Source of the DNA: a virus
Direction: 5' to 3' (one strand)
DNA: 64,000 bases
IMG/VR virus record: IMGVR_UViG_3300045988_144346
Location: 1-64,000 of that record
Positions 36,800 to 46,705 of the stretch are shown piece after piece; position 1 is the stretch's first letter, and each line of letters begins with the position of its first letter. The translations under genes and the position numbers were made by a program. The notes beneath the pieces were generated by a model. The model did not search any database, was not told the DNA's origin, and worked only from the letters and a program-made list of their open reading frames with translations.

Positions 36800-38619
36800 G
36801 GGCGCATGCACATCCTTCCGAGCCGGTGTATGGCTCGCGGCTTAACCTGTATCGTGGTGGAGAGCCGGTCGGCCTGCATCGCGTCGTAAGCGTCTGCATA
36901 GTCGTTTTTCCGGCGGTTCAGAAAATAGAGCTCTTCTTTTTCCATGCGCTGCGCAAACCGCGCCGCGTACAGTGTTGCGGACCACATATCCTTGGGGATT
37001 CGTTCCACAATGGGTGCTTCGATGTAGCCTGTGGAAACATATTTTTTCCGAAGGTTTGCCACCTGCCGGCAAAGCTCGCGGGTCTTGAGATACGGAAACT
37101 GGATCTTGGCGTTTTCCAAATCGTCTTTTATCCCGTGCTTCAGCTTGTAGGCCGTCATGCCCTCGTCGAGATTGGCGGTAAGCAGTTGGAAGTTCCCGTT
37201 TTCAAACTCGCGCTCTATGTAATCCAGCATTTCGCTGTTCGGGTCTCGTCCGGAGTTTCCGGTAGCCTGTATCGGGTAGATACACGGAACCGCTCCTTCG
37301 CGCTCCAGCGCGTTGTACGGTTCCTCATGCGTTGTGGTGCAAAGCGGCGGCAGACCGTCGCCCAGATCCTCGTGGAGGGCTTCTACGACGCTCTGGCCAT
37401 ACTGCCGTGCGTCGATAACAACGTAGGTCGCAAGTCCGCCGTCAATGCTGTAATCCGCCCAGCGGCGCTTGATGATGGCTGCGTGGGCTTTCGCCGTTTT
37501 TGGCGGCGCCATGTCCATAACGTAAACAAGCTGCTTTCGGTAGTGGTCCCATTTGCCCGTGTCGAAATGCCTGGTGCATTTAATGACCGACATAGCCGTC
37601 AGCGCGTTGCCGGAGGCGTCGCGGGAAGAAACGTCGTAGCCGATGATATACATTGCATCCGGTTCGCCCGAGTGCTTGTCCTCCATGACCTTGACCTTCC
37701 GGGACGCCGCAAGAACGCTGTCTTTGATAATGGGGTTCTCCGAAGCGCCCGTGCAGTGCGTTTCGCACTCTCGCATGAACTGCTCGGAGCTGAGCTTCTT
37801 CCGCAGCATGTTGTAGTAGTTGAACGACTTCATTCGGCAGAGCACGGGGACTTGCCACGGAATGAACAGCGCGTAAGCGCTTTTCCCGTCCATCATGCTT
37901 CGGCGCATATCCTCGCACGCCATAAAGGCTTCGTTCTCTTTGCGGCTTGCAGAGGTTATGTAGTGGATCTGGTTATCTATGTGCGTCGGGTCCGGAGCTC
38001 CGTTCACCATGTACTGCAGTCGGTTCGTGCCAAGTACAATCTGGTTGAAGTCGGTGAAGTTGAACGGGTTCTTGTCTTCCTGTCCGGCCTCTTCGGCGAC
38101 AACGCCGGATGTATCAATGCCTCGCGGGATGTCCATAATGAACTTGGAGCCGGCGGGCGTTGTAAGGCGGAATGTGGTCTTCGCGTCGTTGCTCCGGATC
38201 CAGTGCGCCGCCAGAAGCGGGTAATTCCGTTCATAGCTGGCAAACGCCTTGGACGCCAGCGGCGCAGCCTGTACGCTTACCGGAGCGTAGTATCCGGTGA
38301 TCTCTCCCGGCCACAGAATGCCCTTGTTGCATTTGTCAGAGATAATGCAGGAGGTTTTGCCGTAGCCTCGGCTCGCATAAGTGAAAGTCTCAATATATCG
38401 CGCCATGTAGCGCTTGGTAACTCGCCCCATAAGCGAATTTGTGTAATCCGGTCTGTCGGAAACGCAAATATCCTCCATGATGTCGGGATACCAGCGGAAA
38501 AATGAAATCAGAAGCGCCCACTCTTTGGTTGCGAACTGTGAGTAATCAACACCGGCCCGCGTGGGCTTCCGAACAAATCCTCCGGCGCGCCGGCTTTGTG
38601 TGTAATCCTGTCTGGACAT
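36796..38619 (-). CDS. terL: Terminase large subunit
   Basis: Walker A-like ASRGYGKTS, Walker B-like VVAEEAGQED, 607 aa, first large gene of the late operon. Confidence 0.7.
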   Translation of the reverse strand: MSRQDYTQSRRAGGFVRKPTRAGVDYSQFATKEWALLISFFRWYPDIMEDICVSDRPDYTNSLMGRVTKRYMARYIETFTYASRGYGKTSCIISDKCNKGILWPGEITGYYAPVSVQAAPLASKAFASYERNYPLLAAHWIRSNDAKTTFRLTTPAGSKFIMDIPRGIDTSGVVAEEAGQEDKNPFNFTDFNQIVLGTNRLQYMVNGAPDPTHIDNQIHYITSASRKENEAFMACEDMRRSMMDGKSAYALFIPWQVPVLCRMKSFNYYNMLRKKLSSEQFMRECETHCTGASENPIIKDSVLAASRKVKVMEDKHSGEPDAMYIIGYDVSSRDASGNALTAMSVIKCTRHFDTGKWDHYRKQLVYVMDMAPPKTAKAHAAIIKRRWADYSIDGGLATYVVIDARQYGQSVVEALHEDLGDGLPPLCTTTHEEPYNALEREGAVPCIYPIQATGNSGRDPNSEMLDYIEREFENGNFQLLTANLDEGMTAYKLKHGIKDDLENAKIQFPYLKTRELCRQVANLRKKYVSTGYIEAPIVERIPKDMWSATLYAARFAQRMEKEELYFLNRRKNDYADAYDAMQADRLSTTIQVKPRAIHRLGRMCMRP

Positions 38620-39677
38620 CAGCTGTTATCCTTTTGCGGCATATCCAGAGGCACGATGCCGAGATCTCGGTATATTTGCTGCCCCTTTTCATCGTTTTCC
38701 GCGGCGAACTCGCCCAGCGGATCCTCGATAGCATAGGCATCCGGCAGACGGTCAACCTCTTCCTGTCCCTCATTCCATGCGGTGCAGTTTCGGATGGCAA
38801 GAAGCATCTGGTCGGCGGCATCGCGCCAATAGGGATACGGCGCGTGAAATGTCTTTGTGGCGAGCTCTTTGCAAAGCTCGTCGTAATCCATGATGTGAAG
38901 CCCGGCTCTCTCAACAGCCTGCACAATGTCGTCCAGTCTCACGCGGTCCTGCGGAAGCTCGTCTTTTTTCCGAAGCTGTTCGCCCTCTTTTTCCGCCTTG
39001 ATGAGATCGCCGATCTTTTTGGCGCTGTCGTAGTCCTGCTTGTCAAAGCAGCGTTCCTGCACCAGCGTCCATTTGCAAATGCGGACGATAGCCGCCTCCG
39101 CCTGCTCCGATACATAGGCTCGGTCTGCCGTCAGCGCATCATAGTTTTTGTCCATAGCCTCGTAATCGGCTTGTGTATAGGGCTCTTCGGTCGGCCCGTC
39201 CCCCCAGCGGTCTTTTCGCTGACGTTCCAAGGAGCGGTAATCTTCGGCAGAAAGCATGTCGTCGGAAACCTGAAGCGTCATCTTTTCGCCGTCAAAGGCT
39301 TTCCGAATGTCCGTTATTCCGTCCGCAGCTGCGGCTTCCGTGTGCCCGGCGCGCTGCCATGCGCGAAGCGCCAGCAAATACCCTCTCCACGTCCCGCATC
39401 TTCCCTTGGCAAATTTCCCTGCGTCCGCCGCTACCTCCGGCAAGTAGGGAACGTTGAAAAACAAACAGGCGAGGAAAACAGCCATCTTGTACCCGACGCC
39501 CGGCAGGGCGACCAAATACGAGTAGATTTTCTGTTGGCATCGCTCACAGAACGGGAGCGGCGTATCCGGCCGCACTCTTTCCGGCATTGTCTGCGTCGGA
39601 GCGAACTCTTCTCCGCATATCGCGCACCTCGCCGTGTTCGCCGTTTGCACACGCTTCTCCCCTTTCGTTTTTCGCAC
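38619..39677 (-). CDS. Zn-finger protein upstream of terL (small-terminase candidate by position only)
   Basis: CAICG...CERCQ at the N-terminus. GTG start at 39677 without an obvious RBS. Its stop overlaps the terL start. Confidence 0.3.
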   Translation of the reverse strand: MRKTKGEKRVQTANTARCAICGEEFAPTQTMPERVRPDTPLPFCERCQQKIYSYLVALPGVGYKMAVFLACLFFNVPYLPEVAADAGKFAKGRCGTWRGYLLALRAWQRAGHTEAAAADGITDIRKAFDGEKMTLQVSDDMLSAEDYRSLERQRKDRWGDGPTEEPYTQADYEAMDKNYDALTADRAYVSEQAEAAIVRICKWTLVQERCFDKQDYDSAKKIGDLIKAEKEGEQLRKKDELPQDRVRLDDIVQAVERAGLHIMDYDELCKELATKTFHAPYPYWRDAADQMLLAIRNCTAWNEGQEEVDRLPDAYAIEDPLGEFAAENDEKGQQIYRDLGIVPLDMPQKDNS

Positions 39678-39758
39678 ATGAAAGTAATATGCGGCAGCCC
39701 CTGTTTTATAAACAAAAAGCTGCCGCGATTTATAAATTTTTTCTTTTTTTCGGGCGGT

Positions 39759-40250
39759 TTATGTCTCACGGATGGCAATCCCGTAAAAATACCGCATGAG
39801 CTTGCGTTTCAGCCGGTACACATCGGTGCGAAAGCCCTTGGAGTCCTCGACGATCTTCACGCCGTTTTCCGTGTAAACGAAGTCCGCTATGTAAGCCGCT
39901 TCTTTTTCGAGCACCTTACCGGGCGTAATTCCGCCCTTTGGCCCGATCACATCCGGCTCGCGTTGGGTTGGAACAAGGACAAACTTCACTTGCGTCCGCA
40001 GATCGGAGATTTCGCCGCGCTGCTCCATGGCGTAGAGTTCCGCCCAGCGGCGTGCTTCTTTCTTGCTGTCAAACTTCATCTCGCCGATCGCGCACTTCTC
40101 GGCGTGGTATTTCCCGCCTTTGCTTTTTGGCTTTGGTTCGGGAGAAGCAGCCTCCGCCTGCTTTGCCCGTTCCTTCGCCATTTTCGCTTCGTACAGCGCC
40201 TTCATGCCGCGCGGCATATCTTCCGGCGTCTCGAAGGAAAGGCTGCTCAT
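39759..40250 (-). CDS. DUF1064-family protein
   Basis: KYHAEKCAIGEMKFDSKKEARRWAELYAMEQRGEISDLRTQVKFVL matches the DUF1064 core pattern. Confidence 0.65.
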   Translation of the reverse strand: MSSLSFETPEDMPRGMKALYEAKMAKERAKQAEAASPEPKPKSKGGKYHAEKCAIGEMKFDSKKEARRWAELYAMEQRGEISDLRTQVKFVLVPTQREPDVIGPKGGITPGKVLEKEAAYIADFVYTENGVKIVEDSKGFRTDVYRLKRKLMRYFYGIAIRET

Positions 40251-41590
40251 TCTGCTACCTGCTCAAACGGCGTAGGTTCATGCGCCTCCGAAAATCCGCC
40301 GCCGTCTGATCTGTCCAGAATCCGTGCGTTCCACCCCACAAAGTCCATGGAAACAGACCCAACCATGCCGTGGCGGTTTTTGGCCACGATAAACTCCATT
40401 TCCTGACTCTCCCAAGGCTGCGGTCTTCTGTCGGGTTCCCAGTAAAGCGCCGGTCGGTGGAGAAATATCACGGCATCGCTGTCCTCTTCGATGGCGCCGG
40501 AGTTGCGCAAATCGGAAAGGTTCGGTTTTTTGTCCTGCCGATTCTCATTTTGCCGGTTGAGCTGGCAAAGCGACAGGATAGGGATCTGCAGGGATTGCGC
40601 CAGCCGTTTCAGCTGGTGTGACGTTTCCGTCGTTTTCTCGTACAGAGACCCGGATATGCTTGGGCGGATAAGCCCCATGTGGTCTATGACGAGGAGCCCC
40701 ACGTCCCCCATGGAGCGGACGTGGGCTTCGATGTCATCCATCGACGCCGGGCGGTCGTTTATGACGAGATTTCTTTGCTGCAGAACAGTCATGGCCCGCG
40801 TGATATCCGTCCAGTACTGCTTTTGCGTCGTGGAGATCCCGCGCATGATGTCTCCGTAGTTCAGCCCTGTCATTCGTGCAACACGGCGAGCCCAAAGCTG
40901 GTTTCGGCTCATTTCGAGACTTTCGTAGACGACTTTTTTGCCGGTAGCGGCAACGGTATCCGCAATGGCAAACCCTACGACCGTCTTGCCTACACCAGGA
41001 CGCGCCGCCAGCGTGATAACGCCGGATTCAACCAAGCCGCCGCCGAGGATCGCATCGAGCCTGGCGAGACCGGTAGGTGAAAAGAGAGACTTCTTTCCTT
41101 CCGCTACGTCGGAAATCAACTGCAGGAAGCCGGTCGCGTCCTCCGCCGGTGTCGGAAGCGTCCGCCGCTGCCCGGCAACCAGCTGCTGCAGCTCGGCAAT
41201 GGCATCCGTCGGCGCAAGTGTTCCGCTCATCATCTTGCCGCCGATCGCTTCGGACGCGCGCTCCATCGCCCTTGAGTGGATGATCTCCGCAAGCTTGGCA
41301 ACGTTCGCCGTTGTGACGTACAGCCGCATCGCCGCTCGCATCGTCTCCGACGAGATCTCCGTGCCGTCCGCTCTGGCTCGCTCCTGGATCGTCACAGCGT
41401 CTACGGCGGCCTTTTCGTCGAGAAGGGCGCAGGCGGCAGAATACGCCGCCCGGATATGCTCCTGCGCTATGTCCCCGGCTTGCAGGATATCCCTCGCCGT
41501 CCCGACCGTCTCGGCAGGGCTGACCAGGATACAGCCGAACAGAGATTCCTCAGCGAGAACCGCATCGTTCATTGTCATGTCGTTCACCAC
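40247..41590 (-). CDS. dnaB: Replicative DNA helicase DnaB
   Basis: 447 aa. Walker A ARPGVGKT, Walker B LLVIDHMG, and the typical DnaB N-terminal domain wording EESLFGCIL. Confidence 0.85.
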   Translation of the reverse strand: MVNDMTMNDAVLAEESLFGCILVSPAETVGTARDILQAGDIAQEHIRAAYSAACALLDEKAAVDAVTIQERARADGTEISSETMRAAMRLYVTTANVAKLAEIIHSRAMERASEAIGGKMMSGTLAPTDAIAELQQLVAGQRRTLPTPAEDATGFLQLISDVAEGKKSLFSPTGLARLDAILGGGLVESGVITLAARPGVGKTVVGFAIADTVAATGKKVVYESLEMSRNQLWARRVARMTGLNYGDIMRGISTTQKQYWTDITRAMTVLQQRNLVINDRPASMDDIEAHVRSMGDVGLLVIDHMGLIRPSISGSLYEKTTETSHQLKRLAQSLQIPILSLCQLNRQNENRQDKKPNLSDLRNSGAIEEDSDAVIFLHRPALYWEPDRRPQPWESQEMEFIVAKNRHGMVGSVSMDFVGWNARILDRSDGGGFSEAHEPTPFEQVAE

Positions 41591-42975
41591 CAGTGATTTT
41601 CATCGTGCTCGGGGTCGTACCCTGGCAATTCGTAGTAGGGAACGTATTTGCCGCTCCCGGCAGGGTATTCCTGCATGTATCCCGGAATCATCCAGTAAGG
41701 GACGTACTTCCCGCTGTTTTTCGGGTGCTCCCGAAGCTCGCTGGTAGACAGGCTGCGCAAACCGGCGCTGTAGTCCTGCGGAGCAAACTTGGACTTCCTC
41801 CACGCGATCTCTGGGTCAGGGCGTTTAACGGATGCGTGTTCGGCTTCCAGCTTCGGCTGCTGCGCCTTGGCGGGAAGTTTGGCGAGCTTATCCCAGATAA
41901 TGCCCTGGTAGTTGTTTGCCTTGCATTCGTCGATAAGGTCTATGACCGCATCGTCGCCGTACTTCTCGGCGTTTTTCTTCGCCTGTGTCAGCAAAGACTT
42001 GAAGCCGGTGGGGACGTATTTCTCTTTCCGTTCCGCCTTGTATTCGAGCCAGCCGCGCAGAGCCTCTTTCAAAGGCGATGCGAGGGTGGATTCGTCGAGA
42101 ATGGGGAGCAAAATAGGGAACATTTCCGTGCCCTTGGGGGCTCTCTTTTTCCCCTTTTCTTTTATATCCCCGTAGGGGATATTTTCTTTTAGGTCTTTTT
42201 CTACGGGGTATGTATCACTAAGTTCTTGAGAAATACTGAGTTGGTTGTTATCGGTAGGTCTCAGGACGGAAGTTATCTCTTGAGACTTACTTGGTTGGTT
42301 GTTATTGCTTGGTTCAAGGGTTCTAACTGAGTTAGTGCAGATATTAGCCCCGCCGGTTTTGGTTGAAAAAGTGTCTCCATTTTGAGACGCTTTTAGAAAA
42401 GTGTCTCCGTTTAGAAACGCTTTTTCAGTGAAAAGTGTCTCCATTCCGAGACGCTTCATAAAAGTGTCTCCAATCTGATACACTTTTTTTGCAAAGAATT
42501 TGCAGTCGTTTTCTGCTAATCCCAAAACGCTTGGGGCGCTGTCAAGCCATTCCTCACACTCGCTGCGGGCGATTTCAGCAGCAGAAAATTCCTCGTTTTT
42601 CAAGAACGAAGCGTCTGAATAATTCGCGGACGGTGCTTCGTCGTAATACAAATAAGTGAAGCTTTCTCCAAGCCGGTAATACGCTCGCTGCCCACGCATT
42701 GAATTGTTTTTTGTAAGATATCCCGCGTCAGACAGCCTCGCAATACGCTTATACATTTCGGCTTTTGAAATGCGCAAAAACGGGAGGTCTTCACTCATTT
42801 GGTCGTAGCTGATAGAAAAAAACTCATGTTCCCCAATCACCTTTTTAGGGAATTTGAACCGCAAATCAGCTATCCAGCGCAAAAGAAACAGATCGTTCCC
42901 ATCGATTTTTATTCCGGTTTTTTGCTCAACTTTCATGAGCCCGCTCTGCAAAAACCCGCTAATGACAGAAAGCAT
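41584..42975 (-). CDS. Replisome organizer (winged-helix N-domain + DnaD/phage C-terminal domain)
   Basis: ATG at 42975 follows aaaaggaaagggcgagagaaatt. C-terminus LRGWLEYKAERKEKYVPTGFKSLL...NYQGIIWD resembles the DnaD-like phage domain. Contains the iterons. Confidence 0.6.
   Translation of the reverse strand: MLSVISGFLQSGLMKVEQKTGIKIDGNDLFLLRWIADLRFKFPKKVIGEHEFFSISYDQMSEDLPFLRISKAEMYKRIARLSDAGYLTKNNSMRGQRAYYRLGESFTYLYYDEAPSANYSDASFLKNEEFSAAEIARSECEEWLDSAPSVLGLAENDCKFFAKKVYQIGDTFMKRLGMETLFTEKAFLNGDTFLKASQNGDTFSTKTGGANICTNSVRTLEPSNNNQPSKSQEITSVLRPTDNNQLSISQELSDTYPVEKDLKENIPYGDIKEKGKKRAPKGTEMFPILLPILDESTLASPLKEALRGWLEYKAERKEKYVPTGFKSLLTQAKKNAEKYGDDAVIDLIDECKANNYQGIIWDKLAKLPAKAQQPKLEAEHASVKRPDPEIAWRKSKFAPQDYSAGLRSLSTSELREHPKNSGKYVPYWMIPGYMQEYPAGSGKYVPYYELPGYDPEHDENHWW
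42363..42490 (-). repeat. Four iterons inside the organizer gene (candidate phage replication origin)
   Basis: AAAAGTGTCTCC at 42367, 42397, 42431, 42460 (29-34 nt spacing). Each is followed by a partial inverted copy (gagacgc/gaaacgc). Confidence 0.7.
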
Positions 42976-43023
42976 AATTTCTCTCGCCCTTTCCTTTTGT
43001 TGACCCGTGCCTGGTTTACACCC

Positions 43024-43054
43024 TATATGGCAAGCAGCGGCGCGTTTTGCAACC
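43024..43054 (-). promoter_or_regulatory. TTGCAA-N17-CATATA element copy f
   Basis: On the minus strand: GGTTGCAA (43054-43047), 17-nt spacer, CATATAGGG (43029-43021). 16 nt are identical to copy c. Confidence 0.5.
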
Positions 43055-43118
43055 GCTGTTAAAACTTTTTTGGCGAAGAAGCGCCCTGAAATAGGGCGCT
43101 CTCTTCCTGCCCTGCGCG

Positions 43119-43445
43119 TCAGTGCATTACGGAAATGAAATCGCAGGTGAGCTGGTAGATATCGGCATTCTCTTTGTGGCTGCGGTACTCGTCTTTGACG
43201 AGATAGCCCGCGCAAAGAACCGTGTCTCCGCGCTCCAGATTCTGAGCGAAATCGGCGACTTCACCCCATGCCGAGCAGTTGATGTAAACACCTTTTCGGC
43301 GTCCGCCGTCTTCGCCCGGCAGCGAGTCGTACTGCAGAGAAAAGTTGGAAACACGGCGATTGTTGCCCAGCTCTTTGAAAGTTGCGTCCTTGCCCGACAC
43401 ACGGCCCCAGAAGACCGCCGTAGTGCCTTTTACGATGGGTGTCAT
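43119..43445 (-). CDS. SSB-like OB-fold protein (no acidic tail)
   Basis: 108 aa; FSLQYD...GVYINCSAWGEVADFAQNLERGDTVLCAGYL pattern; adjacent to RecT. Confidence 0.5.
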   Translation of the reverse strand: MTPIVKGTTAVFWGRVSGKDATFKELGNNRRVSNFSLQYDSLPGEDGGRRKGVYINCSAWGEVADFAQNLERGDTVLCAGYLVKDEYRSHKENADIYQLTCDFISVMH

Positions 43446-43448
43446 AGA

Positions 43449-44201
43449 TTATCCCTCCTGCGCGAAAAAGCTCGCTTCTACGTCGTCCTGAGCGCCGCCG
43501 GTGATCTCTCCGGTTTCAGGATCGACGTCTACGATCTTGGAAGTGTCGATTGGCGCCGTGGGGACTTCTTCATATCCAAGTTCATCGGGAACGTACATTC
43601 CTCCCACATCGCCGGGAAAGGCTTCTCGAAGCGCCGCCACAAGCGCACATTTGCGAATCATAAGACCGGGGCTGGTAGCCCACTTCGCCTGCGGCTGTCC
43701 ATCTCTTCCGTACTGGCAGCGCTCCTTAAACCCGATACGGACACCGATGGGGTTGATGTACCCGGAAACGTACACATCCGCCCAGCCGCCGACAAGCTCT
43801 TCGCCGTCGAGAATGATTTCGCCCAGCCGTTCCTCAATTTCGCCTTTGCTGTTGATTACAACCACGCCGGCTTTCTGTCCCTGGTAGCGGGGGTTAGCTT
43901 CTGCGCGCTTTGTAAAAGCGTCTTTGGATGTAAGGTGCTGCGGAGGCGAAGACCCGTATTTAACGAGATAGCACTCCTTTTTCCACGGGTCGAGACCGAC
44001 GTGGGAGCACCATGCGTTAAACATAAATGCCTCTGCGGGAGTCGCCGTCGGGCAGAAGTATTTCTGCGTCATGGCGATAGAAAGTTCTACGTCAGCCCCG
44101 GTTGAGCCTTTGTACTTGACGATCTTGTCCTCAACGGTTTTTGCCGGTGCCAACCCCTGCTGAGTTGGAACCGGGCGAGAAGAAGTGGTGGAAGTTTTCA
44201 T
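43449..44201 (-). CDS. recT: RecT-family single-strand annealing protein
   Basis: 250 aa; MIRKCALVAALREAFPGDVGGMYVPDE is a RecT-family signature region. Confidence 0.7.
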   Translation of the reverse strand: MKTSTTSSRPVPTQQGLAPAKTVEDKIVKYKGSTGADVELSIAMTQKYFCPTATPAEAFMFNAWCSHVGLDPWKKECYLVKYGSSPPQHLTSKDAFTKRAEANPRYQGQKAGVVVINSKGEIEERLGEIILDGEELVGGWADVYVSGYINPIGVRIGFKERCQYGRDGQPQAKWATSPGLMIRKCALVAALREAFPGDVGGMYVPDELGYEEVPTAPIDTSKIVDVDPETGEITGGAQDDVEASFFAQEG

Positions 44202-44899
44202 CTGGTAGCCTCCTGTTGAATATTATTTGACATATTAACTGCGTCCTCTGGTGTAAATCCGCGGTAGAAAACGCGATGGTAGAGCGTTGCATAAGGCATT
44301 CCAAAATACGAAGCCCAGTCAGCTACCGTTCGTTTTTCACCGTTGATTTCCAGAAAACGGTTAGTCCTCTTATTGTTTGCTTGGATCCTCGCATCCACAA
44401 AGCGGCAGTTGCTTGGTTCATAGTTCCCGTTTACATCAATACGATCAAGCGTACATGCCCCTGACGGTGCCGTGTCATCGTATCCGTTTTCATAGGCCCA
44501 TTTGTAGAAAGCGGGAAAGCTATGATCCCATTCATCGCAAACCTTGATTCCGCGAGCGCCATAATGCTTATAGCCTGCGCTTTTCTTATCACGGCAACGG
44601 ACGCGCATATCTCTCCAGACGGCCCACAGCCTGCAAGAGGATAGACCATGCGTTCGGCGGTTTTCTGGATGCTCTTTGTGCCATTTTTTCATTCGTTCCG
44701 ACTGTATGTGGTGCGCTACGCATCCACAACTGGAAACGCTTCCATGCCGGAGATTTCCGGGGTTTGCCTCGGTATAATTGCCGCAATCGCATTTGCAAAC
44801 CCAATAATATTCTCCTTTGGCATTGACCCTTTCGGAACGCTTTATTGCAACGAGTTTTCCAAAGCGTTGACCGGTTATGTCGATTCTGTGATTTGGCAC
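44198..44899 (-). CDS. DNA-binding/HNH-like phage protein (LDRID...NCRF type)
   Basis: GQRFGKLVAI...CKCDCG...CGC and CTLDRIDVNGNYEPSNCRFVD...Q.NN motifs. Confidence 0.4.
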   Translation of the reverse strand: MPNHRIDITGQRFGKLVAIKRSERVNAKGEYYWVCKCDCGNYTEANPGNLRHGSVSSCGCVAHHIQSERMKKWHKEHPENRRTHGLSSCRLWAVWRDMRVRCRDKKSAGYKHYGARGIKVCDEWDHSFPAFYKWAYENGYDDTAPSGACTLDRIDVNGNYEPSNCRFVDARIQANNKRTNRFLEINGEKRTVADWASYFGMPYATLYHRVFYRGFTPEDAVNMSNNIQQEATR

Positions 44900-44911
44900 A
44901 AAAACGCCTCC

Positions 44912-45796
44912 TTAAATTTTTCGGTATTCGATATGGTTCTGTGTGAAAAACGACTTTAGCGCGTGCGCCTGTTCCATCGTCACATCGACGGCGAACTCCA
45001 AATGATAGAGCTTCGGCTTCGGCGGCTCCTCGTATCCGACGGGAACGACGGGAGGCGGCGCAAAAGCGGCAGGAGGCTCCACAGGCGCGTCTGGCTCATC
45101 CTGAGCGACTTTTGGCTCGTCGAAGTGTTCCTGCACTGCCGCCGCCTTGCGCGCTTCTTCGGCGGCTTTGCGGGCTTTCAGCGCGTTTTCCTTCTGGATG
45201 GCATCACGGACGTTATGCGTTGCGGCATATTCATCAAGAAGCGCCTCTTCCCATTCGCTGTTCAGAGACCGGATCGTATCCAGATCCTCGCGCACCTGCC
45301 GGAGAATGGTGACGATCTCTTCGGCTGCCGCCTTTTCGCTTGCGGACGCATTGCCCCATTTGGGGGATACGATGCTATCCCAAGTCACATAATCCGTGAT
45401 GCCGACGGCGTTCTCGTCGAACACGGTTTTCAGCCGGGCGAGTTTTTCCTCGCGCTTGGCGTTTTCCATGTTCTTTATCTGAACATCCAGATTTGTGACG
45501 CTCTTCTGGCAAAGGTCGTAGAGCTCTTTGCTCTCGCCCTCAAAGGTCGTGAATGGCGCAAGCCACGCCTTCTTCACGCTGATCTTCTGCTGGTTTATGC
45601 TGTCCGCAACTTTGCGGATGTTTGCCCGGAGCGTTTTGGCTGAGGCGATGCTTTCCTCAGTGACGATCATGCTCTCGTAGGGCGCAAGCTCCTGCGTAAG
45701 CCACTCTTTGACCTCTGCGAAGTTGGTGCAGATATGCAGCTCGCTCGCAACAGTCAGCGCGTCGTTTGTGACGCCGTATTCGATCATGTCAGCCAT
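44912..45796 (-). CDS. DUF1351-like protein
   Basis: 294 aa; lies between the exonuclease and RecT, as in many Firmicutes phages; N-terminal layout resembles DUF1351. Confidence 0.5.
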   Translation of the reverse strand: MADMIEYGVTNDALTVASELHICTNFAEVKEWLTQELAPYESMIVTEESIASAKTLRANIRKVADSINQQKISVKKAWLAPFTTFEGESKELYDLCQKSVTNLDVQIKNMENAKREEKLARLKTVFDENAVGITDYVTWDSIVSPKWGNASASEKAAAEEIVTILRQVREDLDTIRSLNSEWEEALLDEYAATHNVRDAIQKENALKARKAAEEARKAAAVQEHFDEPKVAQDEPDAPVEPPAAFAPPPVVPVGYEEPPKPKLYHLEFAVDVTMEQAHALKSFFTQNHIEYRKI

Positions 45797-45808
45797 AGCG
45801 CGCCTCCG

Positions 45809-46069
45809 TCAAAACAGCGTGTCCATGTCCGCTTCTGCCATCGGATAAAGCTCCGTGACCTCTGTGAGACAATGGAGATATTCCGGATCGATCTCCACTG
45901 CGGGAACGTCCGTTCTCGTTACGAGAAGCGGCGAATTTCCGCGCGGTGTCGGAATTGCAACCACGGAGCCGACGCGCACGGGCAGGTCCGTGCGGTAGTA
46001 ATACTCCTTGCCTCCGAAACCGTTCTTCTTTTTGAACTGGCCTGCGATGTTAATGGCAAATACCCCCAA
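45809..46069 (-). CDS. Hypothetical small protein
   Basis: 86-aa ORF abutting the YqaJ stop. Confidence 0.4.
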   Translation of the reverse strand: MGVFAINIAGQFKKKNGFGGKEYYYRTDLPVRVGSVVAIPTPRGNSPLLVTRTDVPAVEIDPEYLHCLTEVTELYPMAEADMDTLF

Positions 46070-46705
46070 TCATATTTTCAGCACAGCCGGAGGCATCGTC
46101 CCCGCCTGTACCCGTTTCCAGAATGCTTCTTCTTTATCCAGAAGCCACGCCATATCGTCGGCGCAGCTTTCTGCCGTGAAATAATAGGTGCGCAGCGAGG
46201 AAGAGCCGTCCAGCCCTGTCAGAAGCGCGAAAAGGAACGCGAAAGAATATCCCGTGGCAAGGAACTGGTGGCAAATCTGCGTGTAATAGTGCGTTGGGAT
46301 CCTGTCGCGCCATTCCGCCCAATCCTCTTTGGAACTGCACTGCGCAGTTTTGATTTCCAAAACGCCGTGTTCGCCGGTTTCGGTAATCAGCTCGCCGTCC
46401 AGCGTGGCCGTAAGCCACGGGCGTTCCTCCTGATACAGAATGTCGAACGGGTGATATTCCAGCTGGTATTCCGGGTGTTCCGCTAAAAAAAGCCCGCGCA
46501 AATGGGGCTCTGCGCGGACGCCAAAGGAAACTGCTGCGTTGCCGGATAAATCTTTAGCTTTTTTTCGGCCGGTTTTTATCTCCCAAAGGCCGAGCGGTGT
46601 CTGCCACTTGCTCAGGCCGCACACAGCGGCGGCGTCCGAAGCGCCAAGTCCAACGCGGCCGGCAAGCCAGGTCTCACGATCTTCAAAATGCAAATACTGA
46701 AGCAT
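46070..46705 (-). CDS. YqaJ-type (lambda Exo-like) recombination exonuclease
   Basis: GLGASDAAAVCGLSKWQTPLGLWEIKTG and ...LEIKT... motifs; partners RecT. Confidence 0.7.
   Translation of the reverse strand: MLQYLHFEDRETWLAGRVGLGASDAAAVCGLSKWQTPLGLWEIKTGRKKAKDLSGNAAVSFGVRAEPHLRGLFLAEHPEYQLEYHPFDILYQEERPWLTATLDGELITETGEHGVLEIKTAQCSSKEDWAEWRDRIPTHYYTQICHQFLATGYSFAFLFALLTGLDGSSSLRTYYFTAESCADDMAWLLDKEEAFWKRVQAGTMPPAVLKI

Noticed and set aside
42363-42490. CRISPR-like array (also considered for the tandem units at 60817-60889 and 61431-61475)
   Set aside because: The repeats are 12 nt with 17-22 nt spacers inside a coding region, or only two or three degenerate copies. No cas genes are present. 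They are interpreted as iterons or short tandem repeats.
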